From Candidatus Uhrbacteria bacterium (GTDB lineage: Bacteria; Patescibacteriota; Patescibacteriia; UBA9934; GWF2-40-263): a stretch of DNA of 34,333 nucleotides. This document shows positions 1 through 8,882 of this stretch, piece by piece; position 1 is the first letter of the stretch, and every line of letters begins with the position of its first letter. The DNA lies in NCBI GenBank assembly GCA_016205995.1, contig JACQSJ010000013.1, forward strand, positions 1-34,333, read 5' to 3'. Under the pieces are notes generated by a model. That model was not told where the DNA came from. It did no database searches and saw nothing but the letters and a program-made list of their open reading frames with translations. The translations under genes and the position numbers were made by a program.

Positions 1-18
1 CCGCCGCACAGACACTGT

Positions 19-834
19 ATGACCCATCACTTACTTGGCGTGAGAATTGATGATTTTTCCGCGGCAGAAATCGAGACGAAGCTCGAAGACTGGCTGCAGG
101 ACCAGGGGGGACATACCATTGTGACACCCAATGCGGAGTTTTTGCTGGAAGCACGCAAGAGCCCTGCGTTCGCCGACTTGCTTCATCGCAGCGATATCGC
201 GGTGGCGGACTCGGTGAGTCTGCAGTATGCGGCGGCGGCTCTTTCGCAACAGCGGCTCGTACATAGGATTCCTGGCGTGGACATCCTCGAGAAACTTTGT
301 GAGCTCGCCTCACGTCGAGGCGCTCAAATCTTGTTGCTCGGTGGCGCACCATCTTGCGCAGAAGCCTCAACGCAAAAGTTTCAACAACGGTTTGAGACGC
401 TCGATATTGTAGCCATCGATCCAGGATATATCTCGTGGCATGGGGAAGTACTTGAGGTGAGCGAGGATCTCCTGCGACAGATTAACGCTCTCGCTCCGTC
501 GATTGTCGCTGTTGCACTCGGTCACCACAAACAAGAACAGTTCATCGCCCAGGTTCGAGTGGCTTGTCCCAGTGTCAAAATCTGGATCGGTGTGGGTGGA
601 GCGTTTGAGATGATCTCGGGGCAAAAGAAACGTGCCCCGCGTTGGCTCTCCAACGTAGGACTCGAATGGCTCTGGCGTCTACTCATTGAACCTCGGCGTT
701 GGCGCCGCATCTTCCATGCCACGATCGTGTTCCCACTGATCGTCGTCCGAGAGGCGTTCCGCCGTAAAACGTTTCTTCAATCGACCCGTAGTGTATTCAG
801 CGAGGTTATTCAACAATGGGCCAAGGGCCTATAG
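19..834 (+). CDS. WecB/TagA/CpsF-family glycosyltransferase (WecG/TagA-like)
   Basis: 271-aa ORF from ATG 19. It has TPNAEF near the N-terminus and a C-terminal block GVGGAFE..SG..KRAP.W....GLEWLWRL..EPRRWRR typical of this family. Confidence 0.85.
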   Translation: MTHHLLGVRIDDFSAAEIETKLEDWLQDQGGHTIVTPNAEFLLEARKSPAFADLLHRSDIAVADSVSLQYAAAALSQQRLVHRIPGVDILEKLCELASRRGAQILLLGGAPSCAEASTQKFQQRFETLDIVAIDPGYISWHGEVLEVSEDLLRQINALAPSIVAVALGHHKQEQFIAQVRVACPSVKIWIGVGGAFEMISGQKKRAPRWLSNVGLEWLWRLLIEPRRWRRIFHATIVFPLIVVREAFRRKTFLQSTRSVFSEVIQQWAKGL

Positions 835-839
835 ATCCT

Positions 840-880
840 AACCACCCCTAGCCCCTCCTTAAAAAGGAGGGGAACCGAAT
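840..880 (+). repeat. REP-like hairpin repeat, copy A (AACCACCCCTAGCCCCTCCTTAAAAAGGAGGGGAACCGAAT); stem 852-858/866-872
   Basis: Near-identical copies lie at 18224-18264 and 22285-22326 in the same orientation. No U-tract follows, so it is not a classical terminator. Confidence 0.8.
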
Positions 881-882
881 CT

Positions 883-2349
883 ATGAACGTCAAGACCCGT
901 TTCCCCCCATCACCAACAGGATTTCTCCACGTCGGCTCACTGCGCACGGCTCTGTACAACTATCTCTTTGCGAAGAAGCACGGAGGGACGTTTATTGTAC
1001 GCGTAGAGGACACGGATCGTGAACGACTTGTTGAAGGCGCGGTCGAGTCCTTGATTCGCACACTTAAAACAGTCGGCATCAGCTACGACGAAGGCCCCAT
1101 CCTCGTTGGCGACAAACTTTCAGAGAAGGGAGGCAACGGTCCCTATACACAATCGCAGCGCCTTCCTATCTATAAAGAGCACGCCCAAAAGCTCGTAGAG
1201 CAGGGGAGTGCGTACTACTGCTTTTGCTCAAAGGAGCGTCTCGAGGAATTACGCAATCAACAGCAGATCGCCAAACTTCAAACCAAGTACGATCGTCACT
1301 GCTTAAAGCTCGACGCACAGGAGATCTCTCGCCGGCTCGCAGCAGGGGAGTCACATGTGATCCGTCTTCAGATTCCCGATGGCGAAACAACATTTCAAGA
1401 CGAAATCCGCGGATCCATCACGATCAGCAATTCTGAAATCGACGATCAAGTCCTCATGAAGGCGGATGGATTCCCGACGTACCATCTTGCGGTCGTCGTT
1501 GACGACCACCTCATGGGGGTCACGCACATCATCCGCGGTGAGGAGTGGATCTCAAGTGTTCCCAAACACGTCATCTTGTACAAGGCGTTTAGATTCCCCA
1601 TGCCGTCGTTTGCCCACTTGCCGCTCATCTTGAATCCAGACAAGTCCAAGCTCTCCAAGCGCCAGGGCGACGTGGCCGTCGAGGACTACCTCGAGAAAGG
1701 CTACCTTCCAGAGGCATTGGTGAACTTTGTCGCCCTTCTTGGCTTTAATCCGACAGGGGACCGCGAGATCTACACGATCGACGAACTCATAGAAGCCTTT
1801 GACCTTACAAAAGTGAATAAGAGTGGAGCGGTGTTCGATCGCACAAAACTCGACTGGATGAATGGGCAGTACATTCGTTCCATCGATTCTAAGCGACTGT
1901 TTGAGCTTGCCCAGCCATGCTTTGGGGATGCATCGACCCTTCCAGACGAACAGAAGAAGAAAATACTCGGAGTCGAGAAAGAACGACTTGTCACGCTCAA
2001 GGAACTCGAGGAACGGGCGAAGATGTACTTGGCGCTTCCGGAGTATCCTGCAACAGATCTCGTGTGGAAAAAGGCAGACGCCCAGGATGCGACACTTCAT
2101 CTCACGAATCTCTTGAAGCTCGTCGAGTCAACAGAGCCCGCGGTGTTTGATCGTCGTGAGTTGATTGAAGAGGCCATCAAGAAGTATATTGGAGATAACG
2201 GATATCAGAATGGAAACGTACTCTGGCCGCTGAGAGTCGCGCTTTCAGGCCAAACACAATCGTCAGGGCCGTTTGATCTTCTCTGGGTGCTAGGCGCACA
2301 CGAGGGGATACAACGCATCACGATCGCTATCGATAAACTTACGTCATGA
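883..2349 (+). CDS. gltX: glutamate--tRNA ligase
   Basis: HIGH-type motif PSPTGFLHVGSLRTALYN and KMSKS-type KLSKRQG; length (488 aa) and layout fit class I GluRS. Confidence 0.95.
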   Translation: MNVKTRFPPSPTGFLHVGSLRTALYNYLFAKKHGGTFIVRVEDTDRERLVEGAVESLIRTLKTVGISYDEGPILVGDKLSEKGGNGPYTQSQRLPIYKEHAQKLVEQGSAYYCFCSKERLEELRNQQQIAKLQTKYDRHCLKLDAQEISRRLAAGESHVIRLQIPDGETTFQDEIRGSITISNSEIDDQVLMKADGFPTYHLAVVVDDHLMGVTHIIRGEEWISSVPKHVILYKAFRFPMPSFAHLPLILNPDKSKLSKRQGDVAVEDYLEKGYLPEALVNFVALLGFNPTGDREIYTIDELIEAFDLTKVNKSGAVFDRTKLDWMNGQYIRSIDSKRLFELAQPCFGDASTLPDEQKKKILGVEKERLVTLKELEERAKMYLALPEYPATDLVWKKADAQDATLHLTNLLKLVESTEPAVFDRRELIEEAIKKYIGDNGYQNGNVLWPLRVALSGQTQSSGPFDLLWVLGAHEGIQRITIAIDKLTS

Positions 2350-3542
2350 GACGATATCTCCTCTCAAGCTTGATATTGAGCACGCTCGTCCTACTTGGGT
2401 CGGGAGTGTATGCGTTTGCCCAGGAGCTGTCGACGGATCAAATCAACGCGCTCAACGATGAGATTGAACAGAAGCAGCAGTCAATCGATCAGCTCAACCG
2501 CCAAATTGATACCTACAAGGACAAAATAGAAGAGAAGCAGGCACAGGAAGCGACGTTGTACGGTGAGCTTGATCTCTTGGACAACAGGATCGCAAAGACA
2601 CAGCTTGATATTGAGGCCACGGAGGCGGAGATTGATTTAGTGAACGCCCAAATCGCGCTTATTGAGCAAGAAGTCCATGATCTTGAAACGCTCATGAACA
2701 AGGACTTAGAGTTGGTTGCTCAGGTGATTCAAAAAATCGAGGTGCAGGACAACACACTCCCACTTCAGCTCGTGTTTGGCACAGACTCGTTTTCAGAATT
2801 CTTTAACAACCTCGAACAGCTTGAGGCGGTGAGCTCGGATCTTAAGACGGCGGTCGACACGGCGCGACAGTCAAAGGCACAGCTTCTTGAAAAACACGAA
2901 GCACAGCAGGGGAAGAAGGTTCAATTGACAGGACTCAGCGAATCACTTGCACAAGAGGGACGACGCCTTGAGGCCTCTGTGGGGGCGAAGTCGTCTTTGT
3001 TGGCCGTAACGCAAGACTCCGAGGCTCAGTTCCAGGCGCTCCTTGAGGATCTCCGACAGGAACAGGCATACCTGAATCAACAGATTGCCTTGCTTCAAAA
3101 GGACATCGAAGGAAGACTTAACGCCACAGACGAACTCGGCGATTCCTCAGTCTTATCGTGGCCCGTTGACCCGACCATTCGGGGGATCTCGGCCTACTAT
3201 CACGACCCGTCGTATCCATTCCGTCATTTGTTTGAGCACTCGGGACTTGACCTGCCGGCTCCGACTGGAACACCGGTTCGGGTCGCTGCGCCCGGATACG
3301 TCGCCTGGACGCGGCAGGGGACACTCTACGGAAATTACATCATGGTCATTCACACAAACGGCCTAGCGACCCTCTATGCGCATCTTTCTCGAATCGATGT
3401 AAGCGCTGACCAATTTGTGGGACGTGGGGACCAAATTGGCGCCGTTGGTAGCACGGGGCTTTCAACGGGTCCGCATCTTCACTTTGAGGCTCGACTCAAT
3501 GGGATCCCGACGGACCCTCTTGATTACTTGATTGCGTATTAG
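2346..3542 (+). CDS. M23/LytM-family metallopeptidase with N-terminal signal/TM and long coiled coil (EnvC-like architecture, catalytic residues intact)
   Basis: ATGA overlap with the gltX stop; heptad-rich Q/E/L region; C-terminal HSGLDL and GSTGLSTGPHLHFE motifs. Confidence 0.9.
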   Translation: MRRYLLSSLILSTLVLLGSGVYAFAQELSTDQINALNDEIEQKQQSIDQLNRQIDTYKDKIEEKQAQEATLYGELDLLDNRIAKTQLDIEATEAEIDLVNAQIALIEQEVHDLETLMNKDLELVAQVIQKIEVQDNTLPLQLVFGTDSFSEFFNNLEQLEAVSSDLKTAVDTARQSKAQLLEKHEAQQGKKVQLTGLSESLAQEGRRLEASVGAKSSLLAVTQDSEAQFQALLEDLRQEQAYLNQQIALLQKDIEGRLNATDELGDSSVLSWPVDPTIRGISAYYHDPSYPFRHLFEHSGLDLPAPTGTPVRVAAPGYVAWTRQGTLYGNYIMVIHTNGLATLYAHLSRIDVSADQFVGRGDQIGAVGSTGLSTGPHLHFEARLNGIPTDPLDYLIAY

Positions 3543-3546
3543 ACCT

Positions 3547-3750
3547 ATGACCCTTGAGCTCACACTCAAAATTCTCGGCTGGATGTTCACGATTATCCCG
3601 TTCAGTACATTCACAGTCATCAGCATCAACCTCATCAAAGGGGTAGGGAAGGACGACCCCCTGATCCTGGCGTTAGCGTTGATCGGACTCACGATGTTCC
3701 TGATGGGGGTGATTACGCTCATTCTCGTGTACCTGACCAGCTATATTTAG
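3547..3750 (+). CDS. small hypothetical membrane protein (two predicted TM helices)
   Basis: The ORF-track start at 3532 is TTG, so the first ATG at 3547 is used. Two hydrophobic stretches are present; no recognisable family. Confidence 0.4.
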   Translation: MTLELTLKILGWMFTIIPFSTFTVISINLIKGVGKDDPLILALALIGLTMFLMGVITLILVYLTSYI

Positions 3751-3775
3751 CTCTTCATGCGTACGACCTACAACA

Positions 3776-3807
3776 GTCCCAACGCGAGAGCGGGGACATT
3801 TTTGTTT
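3776..3807 (+). terminator. putative intrinsic terminator of the gltX-M23 operon
   Basis: Short stem GTCCC/GGGAC (3776-3780 / 3793-3797) followed by ATTTTTGTTT. Confidence 0.35.
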
Positions 3808-3936
3808 GGAGTGTTTCTGATACTGTAGCGTCGCACAATAAACCTTCTGCGACACCCTTGGGTACGAGGCTTGTTGTCTAGCGCCGACCGGCTCCATCGT
3901 CGAGGAAATTTGTTACGTCTGACCACGTTCGACTTC

Positions 3937-4782
3937 CTACTTGTAGTACACCTTATCTCCAAAACGCAGGTCGATATATTCAAGGGCCGAGGTGTCCGTG
4001 ATCTCCTGTAGCACGACGATTAAATTCCTGTACTGGGCGTCGATGTCTCCTGTGAGGTCAAAGAGGATGCTGTACCCGGGTTCTGTGACAAGTTTGACCC
4101 ACTTCCCTGCCAGACGGTCAATTTCAACGTATGCATAGACGACTCCTCCTTGCGTCAGCTGTTCAAGGAATCTGAACGCGCTCTCGACCTCATTGGGAGT
4201 CAGGACGATGGAACCGACCTCGACCGAGACATTGTTTGCGTCGATAAAAATTGGGAGCTCCTTCAGGTTAGGCTGCAGCAGGATGCTGTCCTGTTCGTCT
4301 TTGACCTCCCGTACGACCACCCCCTCAAGATCGACGACGTAGAGTCGATTCTGAGTTCGCCAGAACAATTGAGAGGTACGCTCCTCAAGTTGAATGAACA
4401 AGGTCCCCTCCCTCAGACCAACCGTGACAGAAGCAAGGGCGAACTGGTTCTGCAGAAGCGCTGAGAGCTTGTCGGGTGAGAAAAGAAATCGATTCGTCTG
4501 CGTAAAAAAGAGCAGGGCGCGATCCTGAAGGGCCCCCGAGACAGTAGATTCAAGTGTGGCGATATCAAGGTACTCGACGCCTGTTATGACAACGGTTTGG
4601 ATGCGAAAGGCTGGGTGTGTGAACATCCCTGTTCCAAGGGCAAGGAGAGCTAAACATAATCCCCCCACGGAAACCATCTGTCTCCATGGAACGGGTTTTC
4701 GGCCGTCCAAATGAGGATTTCGGTAGCTTCGAGACCGATACCTCCTTTTCTGTGCTTGTTTGAAATAGTCCCGATGAGCCAT
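3937..4782 (-). CDS. ftsQ: FtsQ-like cell-division protein (TM anchor + POTRA-like domain)
   Basis: Basic N-terminus, TM LCLALLALGTGMF, then FRIQTVVITGVEYLDIATLE typical of the FtsQ POTRA domain. The ORF-track start at 4797 is TTG, so the first ATG at 4782 is used. Confidence 0.65.
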   Translation of the reverse strand: MAHRDYFKQAQKRRYRSRSYRNPHLDGRKPVPWRQMVSVGGLCLALLALGTGMFTHPAFRIQTVVITGVEYLDIATLESTVSGALQDRALLFFTQTNRFLFSPDKLSALLQNQFALASVTVGLREGTLFIQLEERTSQLFWRTQNRLYVVDLEGVVVREVKDEQDSILLQPNLKELPIFIDANNVSVEVGSIVLTPNEVESAFRFLEQLTQGGVVYAYVEIDRLAGKWVKLVTEPGYSILFDLTGDIDAQYRNLIVVLQEITDTSALEYIDLRFGDKVYYK

Positions 4783-4789
4783 ACACTGA

Positions 4790-5929
4790 CTACACAATCA
4801 CTCGAGGAAGGAGCGGATTGATGCGTGTCACAACCTCGTAGGAGATTGTTTGGGCCGTCTTGGCAAGATCATCCGCAGAAATCCGGTGCAGACCATCTGT
4901 CCCCAATAGTATCACCTCATCCTCTTTTTGAGGTTGCGCAACCTGGGACACATCCACCATCATCATGTTCATACAGACTCGCCCGAGCACCTTGCATCGC
5001 GTCCCTTTGATAAGGACTTCTGACTTGCTCGAGAACCCGCGATCGTACCCATCCCAGTAGCCAACCGGAACCACGGCGATCCGTCCGCTCCGCTTCATGG
5101 CTTCCGAGAGCCCATAGCCGATGGGCTCCCCCATCGCGACCGTCTTGACTTGCGCAATGCGTGACTTCCACGTCAACACGGGTTGAAGGTCGCAGGAAAA
5201 TCCTTGCGTCCGAACCGTGTCCTCAACGATCTCTGAGGACCAGAGCCCATACATCGAGATCCCGGCGCGCACAAAATTGAGGTGCGTCTGCGGATACAAG
5301 ATGATGGCCGCCGAGCACGCACAATGCTTCCAAGTCGGATCGATCCCCGCATCGACAAACCGACTTCGGGCTTTCTGAAATTTGAGATACTGACCGGTCG
5401 CAAATTCTGGATTACGAGAGTCCTCGACATTGGCAAAGTGTGTAGAAAGACCCTCGACCCGCACCATCGTCGACCGTTGGAGAAGCCGGATGATATCGTC
5501 TTGGTCTTGTGGATGGACCCCCTGCCTATTCGTTCCCGTTTCAATCTTGATGTGCGCAGGGAACGGTCGTGCGAGCTCAAGCCCCACTCCCTGTGCCCGC
5601 TCAATCCCCTCCTTGTCATACAACGTCAGGTGAATGTTGGCTCGAAGCGCATCCTTGTAACGGTCGAACATGGTGTAGCCCAGAACCAGGATGAGGCTCG
5701 AGGGACCCCATTCCCGTAATTGGAGGGCATCGTCGATCGAGTCGACCGCAAACGTATCGACGCCATTGGTACGAGCAATCGTCGTGACTTCTCGAAGGCC
5801 ATGACCGTAGGCATTGGCTTTGACGACGGCACAAAAACGCGCCTCTGGATCCAGGAGCGCCTGCAGACTGGCGATGTTGGAACCCAAAGCGCGGGCACTG
5901 ACCTCAACCCATGTTCGGTGTGCGTGCAT
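4790..5929 (-). CDS. alr: alanine racemase
   Basis: PLP-lysine motif AVVKANAYGHG near the N-terminus; 379 aa; C-terminal beta-domain pattern GYGL...VPVGYWDGY. Confidence 0.92.
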   Translation of the reverse strand: MHAHRTWVEVSARALGSNIASLQALLDPEARFCAVVKANAYGHGLREVTTIARTNGVDTFAVDSIDDALQLREWGPSSLILVLGYTMFDRYKDALRANIHLTLYDKEGIERAQGVGLELARPFPAHIKIETGTNRQGVHPQDQDDIIRLLQRSTMVRVEGLSTHFANVEDSRNPEFATGQYLKFQKARSRFVDAGIDPTWKHCACSAAIILYPQTHLNFVRAGISMYGLWSSEIVEDTVRTQGFSCDLQPVLTWKSRIAQVKTVAMGEPIGYGLSEAMKRSGRIAVVPVGYWDGYDRGFSSKSEVLIKGTRCKVLGRVCMNMMMVDVSQVAQPQKEDEVILLGTDGLHRISADDLAKTAQTISYEVVTRINPLLPRVIV

Positions 5930-6338
5930 GCAGGAAGATGTGAAGAATATCGTTATTCGCCGAAAGGCTGTCGTAGTCGAGCGCCTCCGCGGGCGTCGGC
6001 CATGCGTGCTGGTAGGCCTTCTCGTCTTCGAGCCTCACGTCACCCTCCCCTACCACGCAATAGAAACAATGCACATGGACGCGCAATACCTTTTCCGGCA
6101 GATCCCAATCATGGTGGTGGAGATGAAAGAACGAGGACTCGAGGATTGGGAGCCCTGTTTCCTCGGTGACCTCACGGTGCATAGCCGCCTCTGGTGTCTC
6201 CCCTGCTTCAAGTTTGCCACCCGGGAACTCCCACTGTTTATCCCACATCGGGTTGTTGTCACGACGTTGGATGAGCAGGATTTTCCCAGCCCGTTCACAG
6301 ATAGCGATGGCGATCTCGATTTCCTTAAGCGGTTTCAT
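5904..6338 (-). CDS. NUDIX hydrolase (MutT-like)
   Basis: Nudix box GGKLEAGETPEAAMHREVTEETGL. The start is set at ATG 6338 (MKPLKEIEI), which forms an ATGA overlap with the upstream gene's stop. The longer ORF-track N-terminus is Arg/Pro-rich and implausible. Confidence 0.85.
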   Translation of the reverse strand: MKPLKEIEIAIAICERAGKILLIQRRDNNPMWDKQWEFPGGKLEAGETPEAAMHREVTEETGLPILESSFFHLHHHDWDLPEKVLRVHVHCFYCVVGEGDVRLEDEKAYQHAWPTPAEALDYDSLSANNDILHIFLHARTPNMG

Positions 6339-6706
6339 ACTTTCTTGAGGCGCATCATGGGCACATAGTGGCCGCTCTCCCCCATCCAGACAATGAGAGC
6401 CGTTTCCAGATCGAGCTGGTCGTGACCGAGGACAATGAGATCTGGCGCGACGTCCTGGACGATGTCGAAGGTCGAGGGTTCCTGGTCGCACAACTGTGCA
6501 CGGTCGACCATCGGGAGCGCCTGAATCTTTTCGAGACGTTTGTGCTCGTGATGGGCGGGTCTGCGACCCTTGAACACGACGACATGTGCATCGCGAGCGA
6601 CTCCTACGACCAGTTCTGTGCCGCGAGCCTTTGCCGCGCGCAGGAAAAATGTATGCCCAGCATGAATCCCATCGAACGTTCCGAACACCAACACGCGCTT
6701 GTGCAT
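6335..6706 (-). CDS. small cytidylyl/adenylyltransferase-fold protein (HxGH nucleotidyltransferase)
   Basis: VLVFGTFDGIHAGHTFFL carries the (T/H)xGH signature of the cytidylyltransferase superfamily; 123 aa. Confidence 0.75.
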   Translation of the reverse strand: MHKRVLVFGTFDGIHAGHTFFLRAAKARGTELVVGVARDAHVVVFKGRRPAHHEHKRLEKIQALPMVDRAQLCDQEPSTFDIVQDVAPDLIVLGHDQLDLETALIVWMGESGHYVPMMRLKKV

Positions 6707-6708
6707 AC

Positions 6709-8181
6709 TTACTCTCGTTCGGGGCGCAGCGTTGGGAAGAGGATCACTTCCTTGAGGTTTGGCGCGTCCGTGATGAATGCAGCGAGTCGGTCTATGCCGA
6801 TTGCCATCCCGCTTGTGGGCGGCATTCCGTGAGCGAGTGCGTTCAAAAACTCTTCGTCCATGAATTGTGCGACGTCGCTTCCCTGTTCTCGAAGGGTCTG
6901 CTGTTCTTCAAATCGACGACGCTGCTCCAGTGGATCGTTGAGCTCGTGATAGTATGCGTTGATAATCTCCTGACCTTTGACGATCAGCTGAATGGAGGCG
7001 CTCTTTGTTTCGTCGTCCGGATTTTGTCGAGCGAGGGGCTTGAGTTCTAATGGATAGTCCAACACCCATGTTGGCTGGTTGAACAGCGGACGAGCCGTTT
7101 TTTTGAAGAGCTCGTCATACCACTCCCCTATTCCGACACAGCGAGAAAAATCGATTTCCAGCTTCGCGTCGGACGCGGCTTTCGCAAGCGATTCGGTTGT
7201 GCGGTGCTCGTCAATGTCGATCCCGCATGCTTGTTGAACGGCTTCGCGGAATGTGACGCGCGGCCAAGACGCTTCAAAGTCAATCATCGTTCCTTCATGA
7301 GAGAGCTGCAATGTTCCGGTCGCCTGCCGCACGATGTGACGCATGATGTCTTCCAGCGTTTGGATAAACGTCTCTTTTGGCACAAACGCCCAGTACAACT
7401 CAATGGTCGTGAACTCCGGGTTATGGGACTGATCAATCCCCTCGTTTCGGAAAAGCCGACCAATTTCGTAAACTTTCTCGAAGCCACCGATGATGAGACG
7501 CTTAAGATAAATCTCCGGTGCGATTCGAAGGTAGAGATCCGAATGAAGCGCGTTGTGGTGCGTGATGAACGGTCTTGCGTTGGCGCCACCCGGTATCGGC
7601 TGAAGGATGGGCGTTTCCACTTCAAGAAAGTCCCTCGAGTCCAAAAAAGAACGCAGCGAAGAAATGAGCTTTGAACGAACGATGAATCGTTGACGAACGT
7701 CAGGATTCACGAGCAGGTCAAGTTCGCGCTGACGATAGCGCGCTTCAACATCACTCAACCCATGCCACTTTTCAGGCAGAGGAAGGATGGCCTTACTTAA
7801 GAGTTGCTGTTTGACAACCTCAACGGTTTTCTCACCTTTCTTTGTGACGAAGACGACTCCCTCCACGCCAAGGAAATCTCCGACATCTGTCGTCTCATGG
7901 AAAAAATTATAGGAGTCCTCTCCGAGGGTATCTTTTTTGAGCGCGATTTGAATCGTTCCGGTCTGATCTTGGAGCTGGCCAAATGTCAGACCGCCATGTG
8001 TACGCAACAAACGGATGCGACCGACGATCTTCACAGTCGTGCCTTTCTCGAGGAGTTCGTCGAAATGTTGTAAAACTTCCTGGGCGGTGTGCGACCGTTG
8101 AGCACGTGTTGGGTATGGATCGATGTGAGCCGCGCGCAATTTCTCGAGGCGCCCCAGCCGATCCTTTTCTTCTTGAATCAT
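6709..8181 (-). CDS. lysS: lysine--tRNA ligase (class II)
   Basis: 490 aa with an N-terminal OB anticodon-binding region and class II motifs (FLEVETP, RLFRNEG..HNPEFT, GIDRL). Confidence 0.95.
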   Translation of the reverse strand: MIQEEKDRLGRLEKLRAAHIDPYPTRAQRSHTAQEVLQHFDELLEKGTTVKIVGRIRLLRTHGGLTFGQLQDQTGTIQIALKKDTLGEDSYNFFHETTDVGDFLGVEGVVFVTKKGEKTVEVVKQQLLSKAILPLPEKWHGLSDVEARYRQRELDLLVNPDVRQRFIVRSKLISSLRSFLDSRDFLEVETPILQPIPGGANARPFITHHNALHSDLYLRIAPEIYLKRLIIGGFEKVYEIGRLFRNEGIDQSHNPEFTTIELYWAFVPKETFIQTLEDIMRHIVRQATGTLQLSHEGTMIDFEASWPRVTFREAVQQACGIDIDEHRTTESLAKAASDAKLEIDFSRCVGIGEWYDELFKKTARPLFNQPTWVLDYPLELKPLARQNPDDETKSASIQLIVKGQEIINAYYHELNDPLEQRRRFEEQQTLREQGSDVAQFMDEEFLNALAHGMPPTSGMAIGIDRLAAFITDAPNLKEVILFPTLRPERE

Positions 8182-8211
8182 ATTCGAAAAAAATACAGCA
8201 AAATATGCCGT

Positions 8212-8241
8212 ATTTTAGTCTATGTAAGTGCTGATTGTCAA
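8212..8241 (-). promoter_or_regulatory. putative sigma70-type promoter of lysS
   Basis: Minus-strand TTGACA (8241-8236), 18-nt spacer, TAAAAT (8217-8212), about 30 nt upstream of the lysS ATG. Confidence 0.5.
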
Positions 8242-8243
8242 AG

Positions 8244-8699
8244 TTAATGAATCTCGAGAATTCGGTAGGCAATCGTTCCTGAGGGGGCTTGAAACTCAAT
8301 CTTGTCGCCTGGCTTTGCTCCCAAAAACGCCAGACCGATCGGCGACTCGTTGCTGATCTTCCCCTCCAACGGATTGGCCTCGTTTGATCCCACCAGCGAG
8401 AATGTCTTTTTCTTTCCCTCCGTCTCCACCACAAACGTGGTTCCCAAAGCTATTTCTTTTGCGCCTGTCGCATCTTGGACGATCACGAGGTCGTGCATAA
8501 TATCCTCAAGCTCGAGGATGCGCGTCTCGTTGAGGGCCTGCTCTTCCTTGGCGGTTTGATATTCAAAATTTTCCGAGAGGTCACCCATCTCCTTTGCATG
8601 GAGGATACTTTGAGTGATCTCCGGTCGCAGGTTCTTTTTACGGTGTTCGAGCTCCTGCTTCAGCGCTTCGAGTGCCTCTGTGGATAAATAGGTTGGCAT
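8244..8699 (-). CDS. greA: transcription elongation factor GreA
   Basis: 151 aa; N-terminal coiled coil with the acidic tip DLSENFEYQ; C-terminal FKBP-like domain. Confidence 0.93.
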   Translation of the reverse strand: MPTYLSTEALEALKQELEHRKKNLRPEITQSILHAKEMGDLSENFEYQTAKEEQALNETRILELEDIMHDLVIVQDATGAKEIALGTTFVVETEGKKKTFSLVGSNEANPLEGKISNESPIGLAFLGAKPGDKIEFQAPSGTIAYRILEIH

Positions 8700-8737
8700 A
8701 TGCGTTGATCTCTGTAAAAGTCGCGATCTTTGCTTTC

Positions 8738-8798
8738 ACGGGGCCCCGCGACCACCTCAATGTAGGATTACCTACATCTCGGCGGCTCGCTTCCCCGT
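8738..8798 (-). repeat. structured hairpin element Y in the greA upstream region (core 8752-8786)
   Basis: Outer stem ACGGGG/CCCCGT and apical hairpin TGTAGG-ATTA-CCTACA. The reverse complement of the core matches 27208-27242 at 29 of 35 positions. Confidence 0.7.
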
Positions 8799-8839
8799 TC
8801 AAGCAAATCTCATCGACTTTTGTAGAGATCACATTTGCT

Positions 8840-8872
8840 AAATAATGACCACCCGAGATAAGACTCGAGTGG
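8840..8872 (-). terminator. putative intrinsic terminator after the YibE/F-like gene
   Basis: On the minus strand, CCACTCGAG-TCTTAT-CTCGGGTGG (one G-U pair) followed by TCATTATTT. Confidence 0.4.
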
Positions 8873-8882
8873 CTTTGCTAGG

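Noticed and set aside
3751-3936. Possible tRNA or small RNA in the 186-nt spacer between the small membrane ORF and the ftsQ-like gene. Other long spacers were checked as well.
   Set aside because: No T-loop (GTTCRAnyC) with a matching stem and no cloverleaf could be drawn on either strand. Only a short hairpin and a weak terminator are visible. No CRISPR-like direct repeats or rRNA-like sequence occur anywhere in the window.
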